NCBI GenBank assembly: GCA_019429005.1
Contig: JAHYJR010000003.1
Location: 76,026 to 140,025 of the forward strand
Reading direction: 5' to 3'
Length of the DNA: 64,000 nt
Source of the DNA: Nanobdellati archaeon
GTDB taxonomy: Archaea > EX4484-52 > GLR71
Positions 1 to 10,657 of this stretch are shown here, in pieces (within the stretch, counting starts at the first letter, position 1; the number at the start of each line of letters is the position of its first letter). Both the position numbers and the translations under genes were made by a program. The notes beneath the pieces were generated by a model that worked only from the letters and a program-made list of their open reading frames with translations, was not told the origin of the DNA and made no database searches.

Positions 1-3000
1 CTTACAACTTGAATCGCATGATGCACCACCATCACATTCTTCACCCGCATCAACATTGCCATCACCGCAATATGGCTGAAGTTCTCCCAAAACAAATCCT
101 GAAAAATTTGTAACCTCTGAACATAAAAAATTACTAGTAAAATAATTCTTTTCTAATACAGATAATTCACTTTGTGATGAACCGATACACGATTCTAATG
201 ACGCGTTCCATCCACATTTATAAATTCGTGATTTTTGCACATTTATAGAAATATTAGTAACATTAAAACACACTAAGGTATTATTCCATGATGAGTTTGT
301 ACTGAAATCAAAAACAAAAGGTTCACTTTTAAATATAACATTTGATATCGAAGAGAAATCAGATATATTTGCATCTTTATAGGTAATATTCAAAATAACA
401 TCATTTGTAAGATTCATATTTTCAACAATAACAAAACTAATATTATTAGGATGTATCGAAACATCATAAATACCTTCAACAACAGTACTATTATGTGTCA
501 TATTTGAATAATAAACATTTGAAAAATAACTAGTGTTTGAATTATAGAACTCTAAATTAAGATAAGAATTATTTGCTACATCACTATTAACAAAAACAGA
601 TACAGGATTTTTGACCTCAAATAAAAATGTTTTGTTATTCCTAGTTCCAACACTATCATTGACATACAATTCAACACTATAATTACCAATACTTGATGTG
701 TTCAAAAAAGAATAATTATATTGAATTAGATATTCTAAAGACTCATTAATTTTCACAAAAATATCATCCAAAATATAAGTTCCATTAAAATAAAAAATAC
801 CCCACACTGTAACATTTGTAAAATATATCACACCAATATTCAAATCATATGAATCATTAATATAGATTATATCGTTCTTAATCAAATTACCACTTATTAC
901 AGGATCACTAAAATCTAAAGTTGCAAAATAATCATAAGTGATATTTGAATTACCCGCAAAATCATAAACTATTGCATTGACATGATACACACCTTCGGTC
1001 AAGTTTGTATAATTTAAAGATACAGTATTATTTGTATACACATTAGAAACCAAAAAACCTGTTGAATTATAAAGAGTAATTGTCAAATTTGCAAAATTTA
1101 AATCAGACGCAGTAATATTTACAAAAATCCAATCATCAGAATATGTTGAACCATTTAAAACCATATTCGAACCATACGAAACAGACGGATTTATAGTATC
1201 TATAGTAAATGTCCTAATTCCAGATAAATTAAAATGTCCAAACGTGTCATTCATATAAACGGAATAATTATATATACCTTCAGATAATTCAGTAATATTT
1301 GCATAACAAGTGTTTTGTAACAGATTCATCACAACGCTTTCATTACTATAATTCAAAATACACATATCAAAATTAGGTTCAATAAAAGTCAAATTAACAT
1401 AAAAACTGTTTTCTGAAACATAAGTACCATTATCATTCGTTGGATAAACAAAAGATAATAGTGGTCCTATAGTATCTACTTCAAAAATAACAGGATTTGA
1501 AGAAATAAAACCTAAACTATTATTTGCATATAAAATTAAATAGTTAGCACCTTCAGATGCTACAATCTGTATTGAACCGTTTGTCATGTTTGAACCAACT
1601 GATGAATTAACTATAGTAATGTTACCATTCAGATCGTACCAGATTGTACTAATATTATAGACATCCATAACAGAATAATTCAACAAAAGGGTATTATTAG
1701 TATAAGTGATATTTGTTGGATTCAAAATAGTAACATTAAAACTAAAAACAATTGTAAAATTAACAGAAGACACATTATAATTACCCTCAGCATCAAAAAC
1801 AGTCACATAAACAGTATGACCACCATCAGACAAATTAGAAATATTAATAACAGAATACAGCTCTTCAGATTTAGAATCAAAAAGACCATCTAAAGCAGTC
1901 ATATTGTAAATCGTACTATTTGTATCAACATAATATTCGGCAGAACTTATGTTATTCAAAGCATCATAAACCGAAACATTAAAACTGGGATTAATATTTG
2001 TAACATTCGGCACAATACTTATTTCAGATATTATTGGTGCATCATTATCAAGCGATAAGATTGCAGCAAAAACATTAATCCGGCTAAAAATTGTACTTGT
2101 CCCAACATCATAGATAGGTTTTCCCGTATCATTTAATATTGACCGAATCTGCACAGGCGTCAAAGTTGCACCATTCAACTGTTTATTTGCCTGCTGAATC
2201 AATGCCGCAGCTCCCGCAACATGCGGTGTCGCTTGAGATGTCCCCCACATCAAAACATAAGGCGTTGAAGCGTATGTCGAATTTATTGATGCACCAGGTG
2301 CAAGAAGCATATATGGGAACTTCACACTTCTATCTGTAAAACATGCAACCTCATCAAACTCTGAATCTGTATCGTTACAAATAGTCCATGATTTAGACCC
2401 GTAATCTTCCTTATAAGTCGCACCAACAGGAATAACTCCCGAAATACATGCAGGAGATGAAATTCCTGTAGAATTCCCACTATTTCCTGTAGCAACAACC
2501 ACTGTAATATTATTGTTAATAGCCGAACTGATAGCAGCAGCTAAAGTACTATAACTAGAATCACAATTTGAACTATGTGAACTGAAACCAAGACTCATAG
2601 AAATTACTGAAATATTATACACAGTACGATTAAAATTACAATCATCAATTGCAGCAATAATATCTATAAGATTACCAAAACCACTTGAATCCAATACTTT
2701 CATTGAAAAAATTTTCGCACCTGGTGCAACACCCATAACAGTACCATTTGCAGCGACAATACCAGTCACATGCGTACCATGGCCATTATCATCCATAGGG
2801 ATGCCATCATCATTCACATAATCATAACCACCTATGACCTTATAAGAACCACCAAAACCACCACCTAAATCAGGATGTGAATAATTAACACCTGTATCTA
2901 TAACACAAACAGTCTCGTCAGCACCTGTAAAATTAACACCGCTAGACTGGACATCCCAAACATCACTAGCTGAAATCACACCAACAGAATCCATAAGCAT

Positions 3001-3396
3001 TGTATAAAATCTCTTATTCTCTTCAACATACAAAACATTAGGATCTTTTACAATACGGTCCAATGCCGAACGCGGAATTTTAGCCGAGACCGCATTCACA
3101 GTCTCATACTTATACTTAACATCACCACCAAAAGATTTAATATCAATCTCAAGAGAATCCGAAACTACAACATCAGCACTCAAAACACCAAAAAATTTTT
3201 TCTTAACAACAGTCCTATCCCTATACGAGATTATAACATCAACAAAGTCATCATCTACACCAGAAAGCGTTTTTTCAATCTTAGAATCAACTGCAAAAGT
3301 CTTGAACTCACCCCCAGACGAAAAAGAGGGAATAATAACTAACAAAAAGATTAAAGAAATTACAAATATCAAAGATTTACGCGTATAATAAGACAT
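1..3396 (-). CDS. Large secreted/surface subtilisin-like S8 peptidase with low-complexity repeat domains and a Cys-rich C-terminal repeat (runs off the window; absent from the ORF track)
   Basis: ATG at 3396; the same frame carries the catalytic motifs VIDTG (~2898), HGTHVTG (~2780) and GTSQATPH (~2240), a signal-like N-terminus, a propeptide, many N-x-S/T sequons and CGDGNVDAGEECDG near position 60. Frame spot-checked as continuous to position 1. Confidence 0.9.
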   Translation of the reverse strand, partial: MSYYTRKSLIFVISLIFLLVIIPSFSSGGEFKTFAVDSKIEKTLSGVDDDFVDVIISYRDRTVVKKKFFGVLSADVVVSDSLEIDIKSFGGDVKYKYETVNAVSAKIPRSALDRIVKDPNVLYVEENKRFYTMLMDSVGVISASDVWDVQSSGVNFTGADETVCVIDTGVNYSHPDLGGGFGGSYKVIGGYDYVNDDGIPMDDNGHGTHVTGIVAANGTVMGVAPGAKIFSMKVLDSSGFGNLIDIIAAIDDCNFNRTVYNISVISMSLGFSSHSSNCDSSYSTLAAAISSAINNNITVVVATGNSGNSTGISSPACISGVIPVGATYKEDYGSKSWTICNDTDSEFDEVACFTDRSVKFPYMLLAPGASINSTYASTPYVLMWGTSQATPHVAGAAALIQQANKQLNGATLTPVQIRSILNDTGKPIYDVGTSTIFSRINVFAAILSLDNDAPIISEISIVPNVTNINPSFNVSVYDALNNISSAEYYVDTNSTIYNMTALDGLFDSKSEELYSVINISNLSDGGHTVYVTVFDAEGNYNVSSVNFTIVFSFNVTILNPTNITYTNNTLLLNYSVMDVYNISTIWYDLNGNITIVNSSVGSNMTNGSIQIVASEGANYLILYANNSLGFISSNPVIFEVDTIGPLLSFVYPTNDNGTYVSENSFYVNLTFIEPNFDMCILNYSNESVVMNLLQNTCYANITELSEGIYNYSVYMNDTFGHFNLSGIRTFTIDTINPSVSYGSNMVLNGSTYSDDWIFVNITASDLNFANLTITLYNSTGFLVSNVYTNNTVSLNYTNLTEGVYHVNAIVYDFAGNSNITYDYFATLDFSDPVISGNLIKNDIIYINDSYDLNIGVIYFTNVTVWGIFYFNGTYILDDIFVKINESLEYLIQYNYSFLNTSSIGNYSVELYVNDSVGTRNNKTFLFEVKNPVSVFVNSDVANNSYLNLEFYNSNTSYFSNVYYSNMTHNSTVVEGIYDVSIHPNNISFVIVENMNLTNDVILNITYKDANISDFSSISNVIFKSEPFVFDFSTNSSWNNTLVCFNVTNISINVQKSRIYKCGWNASLESCIGSSQSELSVLEKNYFTSNFLCSEVTNFSGFVLGELQPYCGDGNVDAGEECDGGASCDSSCK

Positions 3397-3450
3397 TAGT
3401 CTTAAATTATAGATAATCGTTTAAATCTTTAATTGAAATAAAATATAAAA

Positions 3451-3525
3451 CGCCTCTGACGCGATTTGAACGCGCGACCCTTAGCTTAGGAGGCTAATGC
3501 TCTATCCAGACTGAGCTACAGAGGC
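3451..3525 (-). tRNA. tRNA-Arg (CCT), no intron, CCA not encoded
   Basis: Minus strand folds as a cloverleaf: acceptor GCCTCTG/CAGAGGC, D arm TAGCTCAGTCTGGATAGAGC, anticodon arm TTAGC-CTCCTAA-GCTAA, T loop GTTCAAATC. Confidence 0.97.
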
Positions 3526-3617
3526 ATACTCCGCATTCAATTTATATCTATTAAGTTATTTAAAATTAATCAAAAAAGCACAATTAAATTAAAATAGTTA
3601 AGAAATCATCTATAATT

Positions 3618-4262
3618 ATGGAAAAAAACTATAATTCTACAATTATCAAAAGCCTTAAACAAGAATATGAAATCAAAAAAAAAGATATAAAAAAGCGCCT
3701 TGATGATTTCAAAAAAATATCAAAACAAGATAATGATACAATATTCTATGAGCTATGTTTCTGCCTCCTCACACCACAATCAAGTGCAGTATCCTGTGAT
3801 AAAGCAATCCAAAAACTCAAAAAAGATCAATCAATAGAAAGTGAAGAAAAAATCAAAGAAGCACTTCAAGGAATAAGATTCAAAAACAACAAAACAAGAT
3901 ACATTATCGAAGCAAAAGAACAATTTTACAAAAAAGACAACCTAAAACATATTATAAATAACCCAAACAATCAAGAATCTCGTGAAATAATAGTTAAAAA
4001 CATCAAAGGTATAGGATATAAAGAAGCAAGTCATTTTCTTAGAAACACAGGACACGGAAAATCAATTTCAATCCTTGACAGACACATATTAAAGAACCTG
4101 AAAGCAAGTTATGTGATAGATGAAATACCCAAAACAATAACTAAAAAAAGATACATTGAAATTGAAAATAAAATGTTAGAATTTGCTGAATATATATCAA
4201 TACCAATTGAAGAATTAGATCTATTGTTCTGGTCAAAGGAAACAGGAATAATATTCAAATAG
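3618..4262 (+). CDS. ogg: 8-oxoguanine DNA glycosylase / N-glycosylase-DNA lyase (archaeal OGG type)
   Basis: HhH motif GIGYKEASHFLRNTG, ILDRHIL, N-terminal ELCFCLLTPQ. Confidence 0.9.
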   Translation: MEKNYNSTIIKSLKQEYEIKKKDIKKRLDDFKKISKQDNDTIFYELCFCLLTPQSSAVSCDKAIQKLKKDQSIESEEKIKEALQGIRFKNNKTRYIIEAKEQFYKKDNLKHIINNPNNQESREIIVKNIKGIGYKEASHFLRNTGHGKSISILDRHILKNLKASYVIDEIPKTITKKRYIEIENKMLEFAEYISIPIEELDLLFWSKETGIIFK

Positions 4263-4893
4263 ATTTTGAAAATTCACAAAAATAATTATCGTGAGACCTT
4301 TTACTCAACCCACAAACAAGACCTGATTCAGAGATAACCCTATCAAGTTCCCCTTCTTTAAAAAGATGATAAAACCGTTCATAAACATTATTCCACATGA
4401 CATTAACATCTTGTGATTTTTCATCCTTAAAACGCTCCTGTTCATACACCCATGCACTTACAAGACCACATCCATCAGATTTTAAAACAGTCTTTATTTC
4501 TAACAAAGAATCAAGTCGTGCCTTATCACTTACCATATGATGAACTGCAGCAATAAAAAGCACATTATCAAATACATCAGACTTAAACGGAAGATTTAAT
4601 GCATCACAACAAATTAAATTAATTGTCACATTTTCGCACTTAGCTTTCTCTTTTACAAGCTTTAAAAGAGCTAAAGAAATATCAACACCAACAACATAAA
4701 GCCCTTTTTTTGCAGCATAAATAGAATTTCGGCCGTTACCACACGCAACATCTATTAATAACCCTTTATCCAAAACATTTATAAAATCAGAACAATCTTT
4801 CCATATATAACCACGTGTAGCATCAAAATGCTCTGCGATAATATCATAAGTATCTTTAATATTATCACGTAATTGATTTTTAGATTGAACCAT
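4255..4893 (-). CDS. Class I SAM-dependent methyltransferase, Trm9/ALKBH8-like
   Basis: Motif I IDVACGNG, HFDATR N-terminal motif, IAAVHH post-motif, CDALNLPF. Confidence 0.8.
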   Translation of the reverse strand: MVQSKNQLRDNIKDTYDIIAEHFDATRGYIWKDCSDFINVLDKGLLIDVACGNGRNSIYAAKKGLYVVGVDISLALLKLVKEKAKCENVTINLICCDALNLPFKSDVFDNVLFIAAVHHMVSDKARLDSLLEIKTVLKSDGCGLVSAWVYEQERFKDEKSQDVNVMWNNVYERFYHLFKEGELDRVISESGLVCGLSKRSHDNYFCEFSKSI

Positions 4894-5031
4894 AATACAG
4901 TTTTATACTAAATATCTTATTAAATCTACTCAAAAAACAAAAACCTTTTAAAGCTTTTAGACATATAATTTTACTAACAGATAAGAAACATAATCTTATT
5001 CTATTAATTTTACACAATCAAGGGATTATAA

Positions 5032-5562
5032 ATGACACGATGTGAAATCTGCGGTAGTGCTGCAAAAATTAGAAAAGTAAATCTTGAAGGCGGGACTATA
5101 GAAGCATGCTTTTACTGCGTACCACGTACAAAAGTTGAAAGCCGAACTAAATTCGTTAAACGAAAACAGTTTGAAAATACAATAAACCGACCAAGAAAGG
5201 CATTGATAGATAACTATGCATCTTTAATCAAGAGTGAAAGAGAGAAAAATAATCTCACTCAAAAAGAATTTGCTCATAAAGTCGAAGAACATGAATCAAT
5301 TATTGTAAAAATTGAACAAGGTACATTCAGACCAAATTTTGCAGTTGCTAGAAAAATTGAACAATTATTCAAAATAACTCTTGTTAAACAGCTTGAAGTC
5401 AAAAAAGAGTTCGTTAAAAGCAATTACAAAAAAGATAATTACAAACCTAAAAATAAACTGGACAATATAATACATACTGAAAACAAAAAAAGACCAGCAC
5501 ATAGTATAGGTTGTACAATTGCAGATTATATTAAGATAAACAAAAAACAATCTAAATCTTAA
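5032..5562 (+). CDS. Archaeal multiprotein bridging factor aMBF1 (Zn ribbon + Cro-type HTH)
   Basis: CEICG...CFYC zinc ribbon; LTQKEFAHKVEEHESIIVKIEQG HTH. Confidence 0.88.
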   Translation: MTRCEICGSAAKIRKVNLEGGTIEACFYCVPRTKVESRTKFVKRKQFENTINRPRKALIDNYASLIKSEREKNNLTQKEFAHKVEEHESIIVKIEQGTFRPNFAVARKIEQLFKITLVKQLEVKKEFVKSNYKKDNYKPKNKLDNIIHTENKKRPAHSIGCTIADYIKINKKQSKS

Positions 5563-6010
5563 TTTTATCTATTATAATATGCGATAAATAGCCCACAAAA
5601 CCAAATAAACCAGGGCTTATATTTCTATTTAATATAAAAGCTATAGCAGATAATACAATCAAAAAAATAATGCTAGATGTAAACGTATGTGTAATACCTC
5701 TATGTTTTGGTTTTAAAAACAAAATTATTTTATCTGCTGACAAAAACCATACAAATAACATAAACAGCATAAGAGGGACATCATTTACAAGTGATACGAT
5801 AATATAAATTGAAAATAATATTATTATTAAATCCCTTAACGTTTTAAACGCTTTTGAATTCTTATGATCTATATCCGGAAACAAACTTCCAATAAAAAGA
5901 CATAATGCTGATAAGAAAAGAATCCCTTTATTTGCTATTGGAAAAATCGCATATAAAGCAATAAAAAACAAAAATCCAAACAATAGATGTGTCTTATAAT
6001 TAGGCATCAA
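5552..6010 (-). CDS. Membrane-bound metal-dependent hydrolase (YdjM/LexA-binding family)
   Basis: THLLFG, LFPDIDH, HRGITHT, SHIIID motifs with hydrophobic segments. Confidence 0.85.
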   Translation of the reverse strand: MMPNYKTHLLFGFLFFIALYAIFPIANKGILFLSALCLFIGSLFPDIDHKNSKAFKTLRDLIIILFSIYIIVSLVNDVPLMLFMLFVWFLSADKIILFLKPKHRGITHTFTSSIIFLIVLSAIAFILNRNISPGLFGFVGYLSHIIIDKIKI

Positions 6011-6013
6011 AAA

Positions 6014-6205
6014 TCAACTGAAATATCCTGTAGCATGATTCTCTTTTCCACATTTTGGACAAACATAATCAAAAGTATATTTAATCTGACTTATCATTGA
6101 ACCATCAACAACAAATATTTTTTCCATCTTTGGATTATCTAATCTAAATGTATTTCCGCATTTACATTTAATATACATCTGATTTTCAACACTCATAATA
6201 ATCAA
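6014..6205 (-). CDS. Small putative zinc-binding protein
   Basis: CKCG...CPKCG pair in 63 aa. Confidence 0.6.
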   Translation of the reverse strand: MIIMSVENQMYIKCKCGNTFRLDNPKMEKIFVVDGSMISQIKYTFDYVCPKCGKENHATGYFS

Positions 6206-6242
6206 TTAGTTTTTATTATATATATATATAGTATAGAAGAAA

Positions 6243-6257
6243 GCGGGCATAACCCGC
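6243..6257. terminator. GC-rich hairpin GCGGG-CATAA-CCCGC
   Basis: Perfect 5-bp GC stem flanked by A-runs (T-runs on minus) downstream of the small minus-strand ORFs. Confidence 0.35.
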
Positions 6258-6279
6258 AAAAAAATATGAAAAAATGACT

Positions 6280-6387
6280 TTAATAAAGCCATTTCATTGC
6301 TCTTGAACCAGTATAAACTTTATTTTTTTTATGCTGTTTCAAAAGCTGTGTCCACATTAAAGTTGGTTCTTCTGTATTTATCACCAT
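6280..6387 (-). CDS. 35-aa microprotein MVINTEEPTLMW... (not in ORF track)
   Basis: GAGGTG RBS 6 nt upstream of ATG 6387, overlapping the stop of the preceding ORF. Confidence 0.35.
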   Translation of the reverse strand: MVINTEEPTLMWTQLLKQHKKNKVYTGSRAMKWLY

Positions 6388-6392
6388 ACATA

Positions 6393-6775
6393 TCACCTCG
6401 AGATTAATTGTGTTATATATTCCTGTGCATATTGCTCTTTTCGATAAGTTCCAAATGCGTAAGGAAATAATTTTTCAAGCTCATCAATACGCAACCGTAC
6501 TTTAGTTTTAATATTATGCCATTTTTTCTGATCATCCATATTCATATCCCTAAATTCTTGTAACAAAATGCCTTTTGTAGAAAATCCTTCATTTCTTAAT
6601 TCATTTTTAATCATAGCCAATTCAATAGATGTTCTCATACTTAAAACCCCCATTTTTGTTTCATATGCATCTCATATCTTTTCTTTTTAAAATAAGGTAC
6701 AGAGCTCCATGCGGACTCAAACCCGATTCCATATTTGGAATTCATCAATATCATCTGATCATCACTTAATTGCAT
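6393..6775 (-). pseudogene. Hypothetical gene apparently split into 6641-6775 (44 aa) and 6393-6653 (86 aa)
   Basis: GAGGGG RBS before ATG 6775; two overlapping ORFs in different frames with a TGA just before DAYETKMGVLS. No family recognised. Confidence 0.35.
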
Positions 6776-7047
6776 ATATATCCCCTCTTAAACGAAAAAA
6801 GGTGTATTGGTTCTTTTTATGGTATAAATCCCAAAGACCAAAAGCACCTGTTATCATACCACCTGGATTGGTAGGTAAAATTAGATTAACATTCTGGATA
6901 TATACCCCTTCTGGATACAAATACTACCGGTTGGGCCGGTTAAGAATTAATTACAAAATCAAAAAAAAATCACCAGATAACACATTTTCAGATTTAAACG
7001 GTTATTAATCAAATTTAAAGATAAAAATAAAATTATCTAATCACAAT

Positions 7048-7815
7048 ATGTCAAGATATTTAAACATTAATTCTAAAAAATACATTATGACTGCAGAAAA
7101 CATAATCTTTTACAGTATACTTGCTGCTGTGATTACAATAGGTTCGGCAGGAATATTCCTAAAATATAAAAAATGGACACAAAATAATCTTATATTTCTT
7201 ATTTCGTTTGCTTCCGGTTTTCTCCTTTCTGCCGCATTCATACATCTTATTCCTGAAGCAATTGAACTTTCAGGAAATAACGCAATGCTTTTACTTTTAA
7301 TTGGTTTTTCACTCATATATGTTCTTGAAAAAACAATCATAATACATTCCTGTGCTGAAGCAAGTGAAGAACACTGTGAAGTACATAGCATGAGTAAAGG
7401 TGCAATAATTGGATTATCTATCCATTCCATATTTGATGGTATTGCAATCGGTGCTGGCTTTGAAATTAGCCAAACTATAGGACTTATTGCTGCAATAGGT
7501 GTTATCATACATAAACTTCCAGAAGGCCTATCAATTATGAGCATCATGCTTGCCGCAAAATATGATGATAAGAAAGCGATGACAAATGTAATAGGAATTG
7601 CACTTTGCACACCACTAGGTGCTATTCTCGCATATTTATTCTTACAAAATGTATCTCAAATATTTATAGGTTACGCACTTGCATTTTCAGCTGGAACATT
7701 CATCTATATCGCGGCATCAGACCTAATCCCACAAACCCATGAATACAAAAGTATCAATACACTTTTGATGTTTGGATTAGGAATTATTGTTTTATGGGCA
7801 ATTGTTGGGATTTAA
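7048..7815 (+). CDS. ZIP family divalent metal (zinc) transporter
   Basis: SFASGFLL, HLIPEA, His-rich loop HSCAEASEEHCEVH, HSIFDG, HKLPEG. Confidence 0.92.
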   Translation: MSRYLNINSKKYIMTAENIIFYSILAAVITIGSAGIFLKYKKWTQNNLIFLISFASGFLLSAAFIHLIPEAIELSGNNAMLLLLIGFSLIYVLEKTIIIHSCAEASEEHCEVHSMSKGAIIGLSIHSIFDGIAIGAGFEISQTIGLIAAIGVIIHKLPEGLSIMSIMLAAKYDDKKAMTNVIGIALCTPLGAILAYLFLQNVSQIFIGYALAFSAGTFIYIAASDLIPQTHEYKSINTLLMFGLGIIVLWAIVGI

Positions 7816-7916
7816 GATAATTAAATCTAAAAATACAAACCTAAAAAACAAAATTTAATAATTCTTTAAAACATATACCCAAACAGACTTATAAAGAACC
7901 GTATAAATACAATACT

Positions 7917-9089
7917 ATGTTTGATTTCATATTACCAAATTATCATGATGGAAGTATTATCAATTTGATGAGCTCAATCTCAAATAATTTTGAACAGAAA
8001 CATGAATACAAAGAACTACCTTCACTGACATCTGAAGAATTAAAGAGATCTCATAATGTCATATTGCTTGTGATTGATGGTCTTGGTTATGAATTTCTTA
8101 AAAAACAAAAAGAATCATACCTATTCGAAAATCTTAGAACTAATATTACTTCAACATTCATATCAACAACAGCTTGTGCCAACACAGCATTTAATGTAGG
8201 TTATCCGCCGCAACAACACGGATTAACTGGTTGGGATATCAACTTAAAAGAGGTTGGTTCAATAACAACAATTTTGCCTTTTGTACCTTTATTTGGTAAA
8301 GAGTCTTTAGATAAATCCAATTTTAAAATGGAAGATATCATAGATATGCCGTCATTTCATAAGAATTTTAATGCTAAATGTTTTGCATTAATCAATAAAA
8401 AACTAGCATCAAGCCAATTTACAAAAAATACATATAAAGACATGAAAATAATTCCAACAGCATCATACACAGATACATTTACAAAATTAAAAAAAATAAT
8501 TAATACAAAATCAAACAAACGAAAATTTGTTCATGCATACATAAACGATTTTGATTCTTATTCACATAATTACGGAATAAATAGCAGAACTGTTAAAGAA
8601 CTATTTTTAGATTTAGATAAAAAAATCAAAACATTTTCAAAACAAATTAAAGACACAAATACAAAACTAATTATTGTTGCCGACCATGGATTAATAGATG
8701 TCGAGATAGATAAACAAATTTGGGTTGAAAACATAGAAGGTTTAAGTGAATGTTTAACAATACCTCTTACAGGCGAATCCCGTCTTAGATATTGTTTTGT
8801 ACGCCCACATAAAGTAAAAGATTTTGAAAGGATTATGAAAACAAAACTTTCTAAATATTGTTGGTGTTACAAGGGCGAAGAATTAATTAAACAAAATTTA
8901 TATGGACTTGGAAAACCAAATAAAAAAATATTTGACCGTGTTGGAGATTATGTTTTAATCATGAAAGATAATTATCTCTTAAACGATAAATTAGCCAACT
9001 TCGAAAAACCAAAAAGATCTCTGAAATCACACCACGGTGGAGTCAGTCCCGACGAAATGCTTGTACCTTTAATTGTTTTAGATTGTTAA
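7917..9089 (+). CDS. Alkaline phosphatase superfamily (nucleotide pyrophosphatase/phosphodiesterase type)
   Basis: LLVIDGLG, STTAC nucleophile region, DSYSH, ADHG, HHGG metal ligands. Confidence 0.85.
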   Translation: MFDFILPNYHDGSIINLMSSISNNFEQKHEYKELPSLTSEELKRSHNVILLVIDGLGYEFLKKQKESYLFENLRTNITSTFISTTACANTAFNVGYPPQQHGLTGWDINLKEVGSITTILPFVPLFGKESLDKSNFKMEDIIDMPSFHKNFNAKCFALINKKLASSQFTKNTYKDMKIIPTASYTDTFTKLKKIINTKSNKRKFVHAYINDFDSYSHNYGINSRTVKELFLDLDKKIKTFSKQIKDTNTKLIIVADHGLIDVEIDKQIWVENIEGLSECLTIPLTGESRLRYCFVRPHKVKDFERIMKTKLSKYCWCYKGEELIKQNLYGLGKPNKKIFDRVGDYVLIMKDNYLLNDKLANFEKPKRSLKSHHGGVSPDEMLVPLIVLDC

Positions 9090-9221
9090 TATTTTATATT
9101 TTTGAGATTAATAACTATTCAAAAATTAAATAAATACATAATATTAAATAAAAACAAAATATTCTTGAAAATTAAATCATATACCAAATATTTAATAAAT
9201 CCCATACACAAATTTAAAAAT

Positions 9222-9392
9222 ATGGATAATTTGAAACCAGGACAAATTATCGATATGAACGGCGAAGAAAACAGCTCTCTTTTTTATAAATTATTAAAAG
9301 ATGTTATTAATCAGACTAATTTTGATGAGATACAGACAAAAGTAAATAATTATCTTAAAAAATATGAAGATGATTCAACACCAAATTCTTGA
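9222..9392 (+). CDS. Small hypothetical protein (likely start ATG 9222)
   Basis: The upstream part of track ORF 9102 is AT-rich non-coding-like; MDNLKPGQIID... reads as protein-like. Confidence 0.4.
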   Translation: MDNLKPGQIIDMNGEENSSLFYKLLKDVINQTNFDEIQTKVNNYLKKYEDDSTPNS

Positions 9393-9532
9393 GGTTCTAA
9401 ATTATAAAGAATAAATATTTAATTCAAACAATATCTCATTTTAGATTCACTTTTCCTTAAATAAATAGAACTCAGATAAACCAAACAATTTATAAAGAAA
9501 TATAGATATAATGAATATTCCACAAAAAATAA

Positions 9533-10075
9533 GTGATATCAATGGTAAAAATAAAAGGACATGAAATTAATCCGGTACTTACTAAAGTAGCATTTAATCG
9601 TAAAGCTTTACAATTCAAGAATGATCTAATTTCAATCTTAAAAGAAATTGGTGTTGATGAGTACGACATAAAAATACCTCTAGAAGCAATCGCAATAAAA
9701 AATGTAAAAGCATCTGCAACTTGGTATGTTGATAACCATAGAATGCATTATAGTTATAATTTACAAAATAAATTTGTAGATAACCTATATGTTGTATTGA
9801 AAGTTATACAACTTGAAACAAAACAGGTTCTTTCTAAAGAAAAAACAATTAACGAATTTGTTTCAGCATTCAAAGAAGACAAAGATGTTGATAAAAAACG
9901 AATCGAAGCAAGGAAACATCTAGGCCTCGAACATGATGAAACTGATTTTAACGTAATAAATAAAAAATACAAAGACATGGCAAGAGTATTACATCCAGAT
10001 ATGCCAACAGGAGATATCGAAAAATTCAAAGATTTAAATGAAGCACATAAAACTCTGAAACGTGAATTAAGTTAA
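9533..10075 (+). CDS. Protein with C-terminal DnaJ (J) domain
   Basis: ARKHLGL...KYKDMARVLHPD...FKDLNEAHKTL with the HPD motif. Confidence 0.85.
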   Translation: MISMVKIKGHEINPVLTKVAFNRKALQFKNDLISILKEIGVDEYDIKIPLEAIAIKNVKASATWYVDNHRMHYSYNLQNKFVDNLYVVLKVIQLETKQVLSKEKTINEFVSAFKEDKDVDKKRIEARKHLGLEHDETDFNVINKKYKDMARVLHPDMPTGDIEKFKDLNEAHKTLKRELS

Positions 10076-10294
10076 AAACGTCTTTTCATTAATAGAATAT
10101 AACAACCAATAATGAAAAGTCTTAATTTTTGGAATACATAAAACATAATTTTTGAAAGTATCCAAAATGGTATACAACCAAAGAGAATATCTTATAAATT
10201 AAATATAACTTTTTTTGAAAAAATATAAAACATATGATACAAATAGTATCGGAAGTGATTCTTAGGGAACAACAAAAAAATAAAAGAAAATAAA

Positions 10295-10657
10295 ATGAAT
10301 GCAATTTATACAGCGTCAGATATAAATCTAAAAGATATAAAAGAACTTTTTAATTATAATATAATATCTTTTAAAAGAACAACAATCATATATAAAATAG
10401 TCGAAAACAGCTACCTATTTATCTATAAATTAGGTTCTGTTATATTTTACAATGTAGATAAAAACACACAAGAGATGATAATTAAAAAAATTAAATCAAA
10501 AATAGATACAAAAAATATTATTGATACATATTTCTATGAGACCTATAACCTATATGAAGATAAATCCTTAAAATCAAATCATATAATAGAATTCAATAGC
10601 ACAAATCTTAAGAACATAAACTTTGAAAATATCAATATATTAAGCATGATTCTTGCA
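10295..10657 (+). pseudogene. 5' fragment of an RMD1/YagE (DUF155)-like gene, truncated at the mosaic junction
   Basis: YLFIYKLGSVIFYNV, ETY and INILSMILA resemble the RMD1 family; similarity stops abruptly at 10657, after which the frame is antisense rpl14. Confidence 0.6.

Noticed and set aside
2139-2339. 66-aa plus-strand ORF
   Set aside because: Antisense shadow of the S8 protease catalytic region.
3397-3617. tRNA-Arg as the integration site of an island
   Set aside because: No integrase and no duplicated tRNA 3' end found in the window.
6709-7008. 99-aa plus-strand ORF as a gene
   Set aside because: Overlaps RBS-bearing minus-strand ORFs and has no RBS or motif of its own; the coding strand is unresolved.
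7917-9089. PglZ/BREX-type defence system
   Set aside because: A lone alkaline-phosphatase-fold gene with no brxC, pglX or other BREX neighbours.
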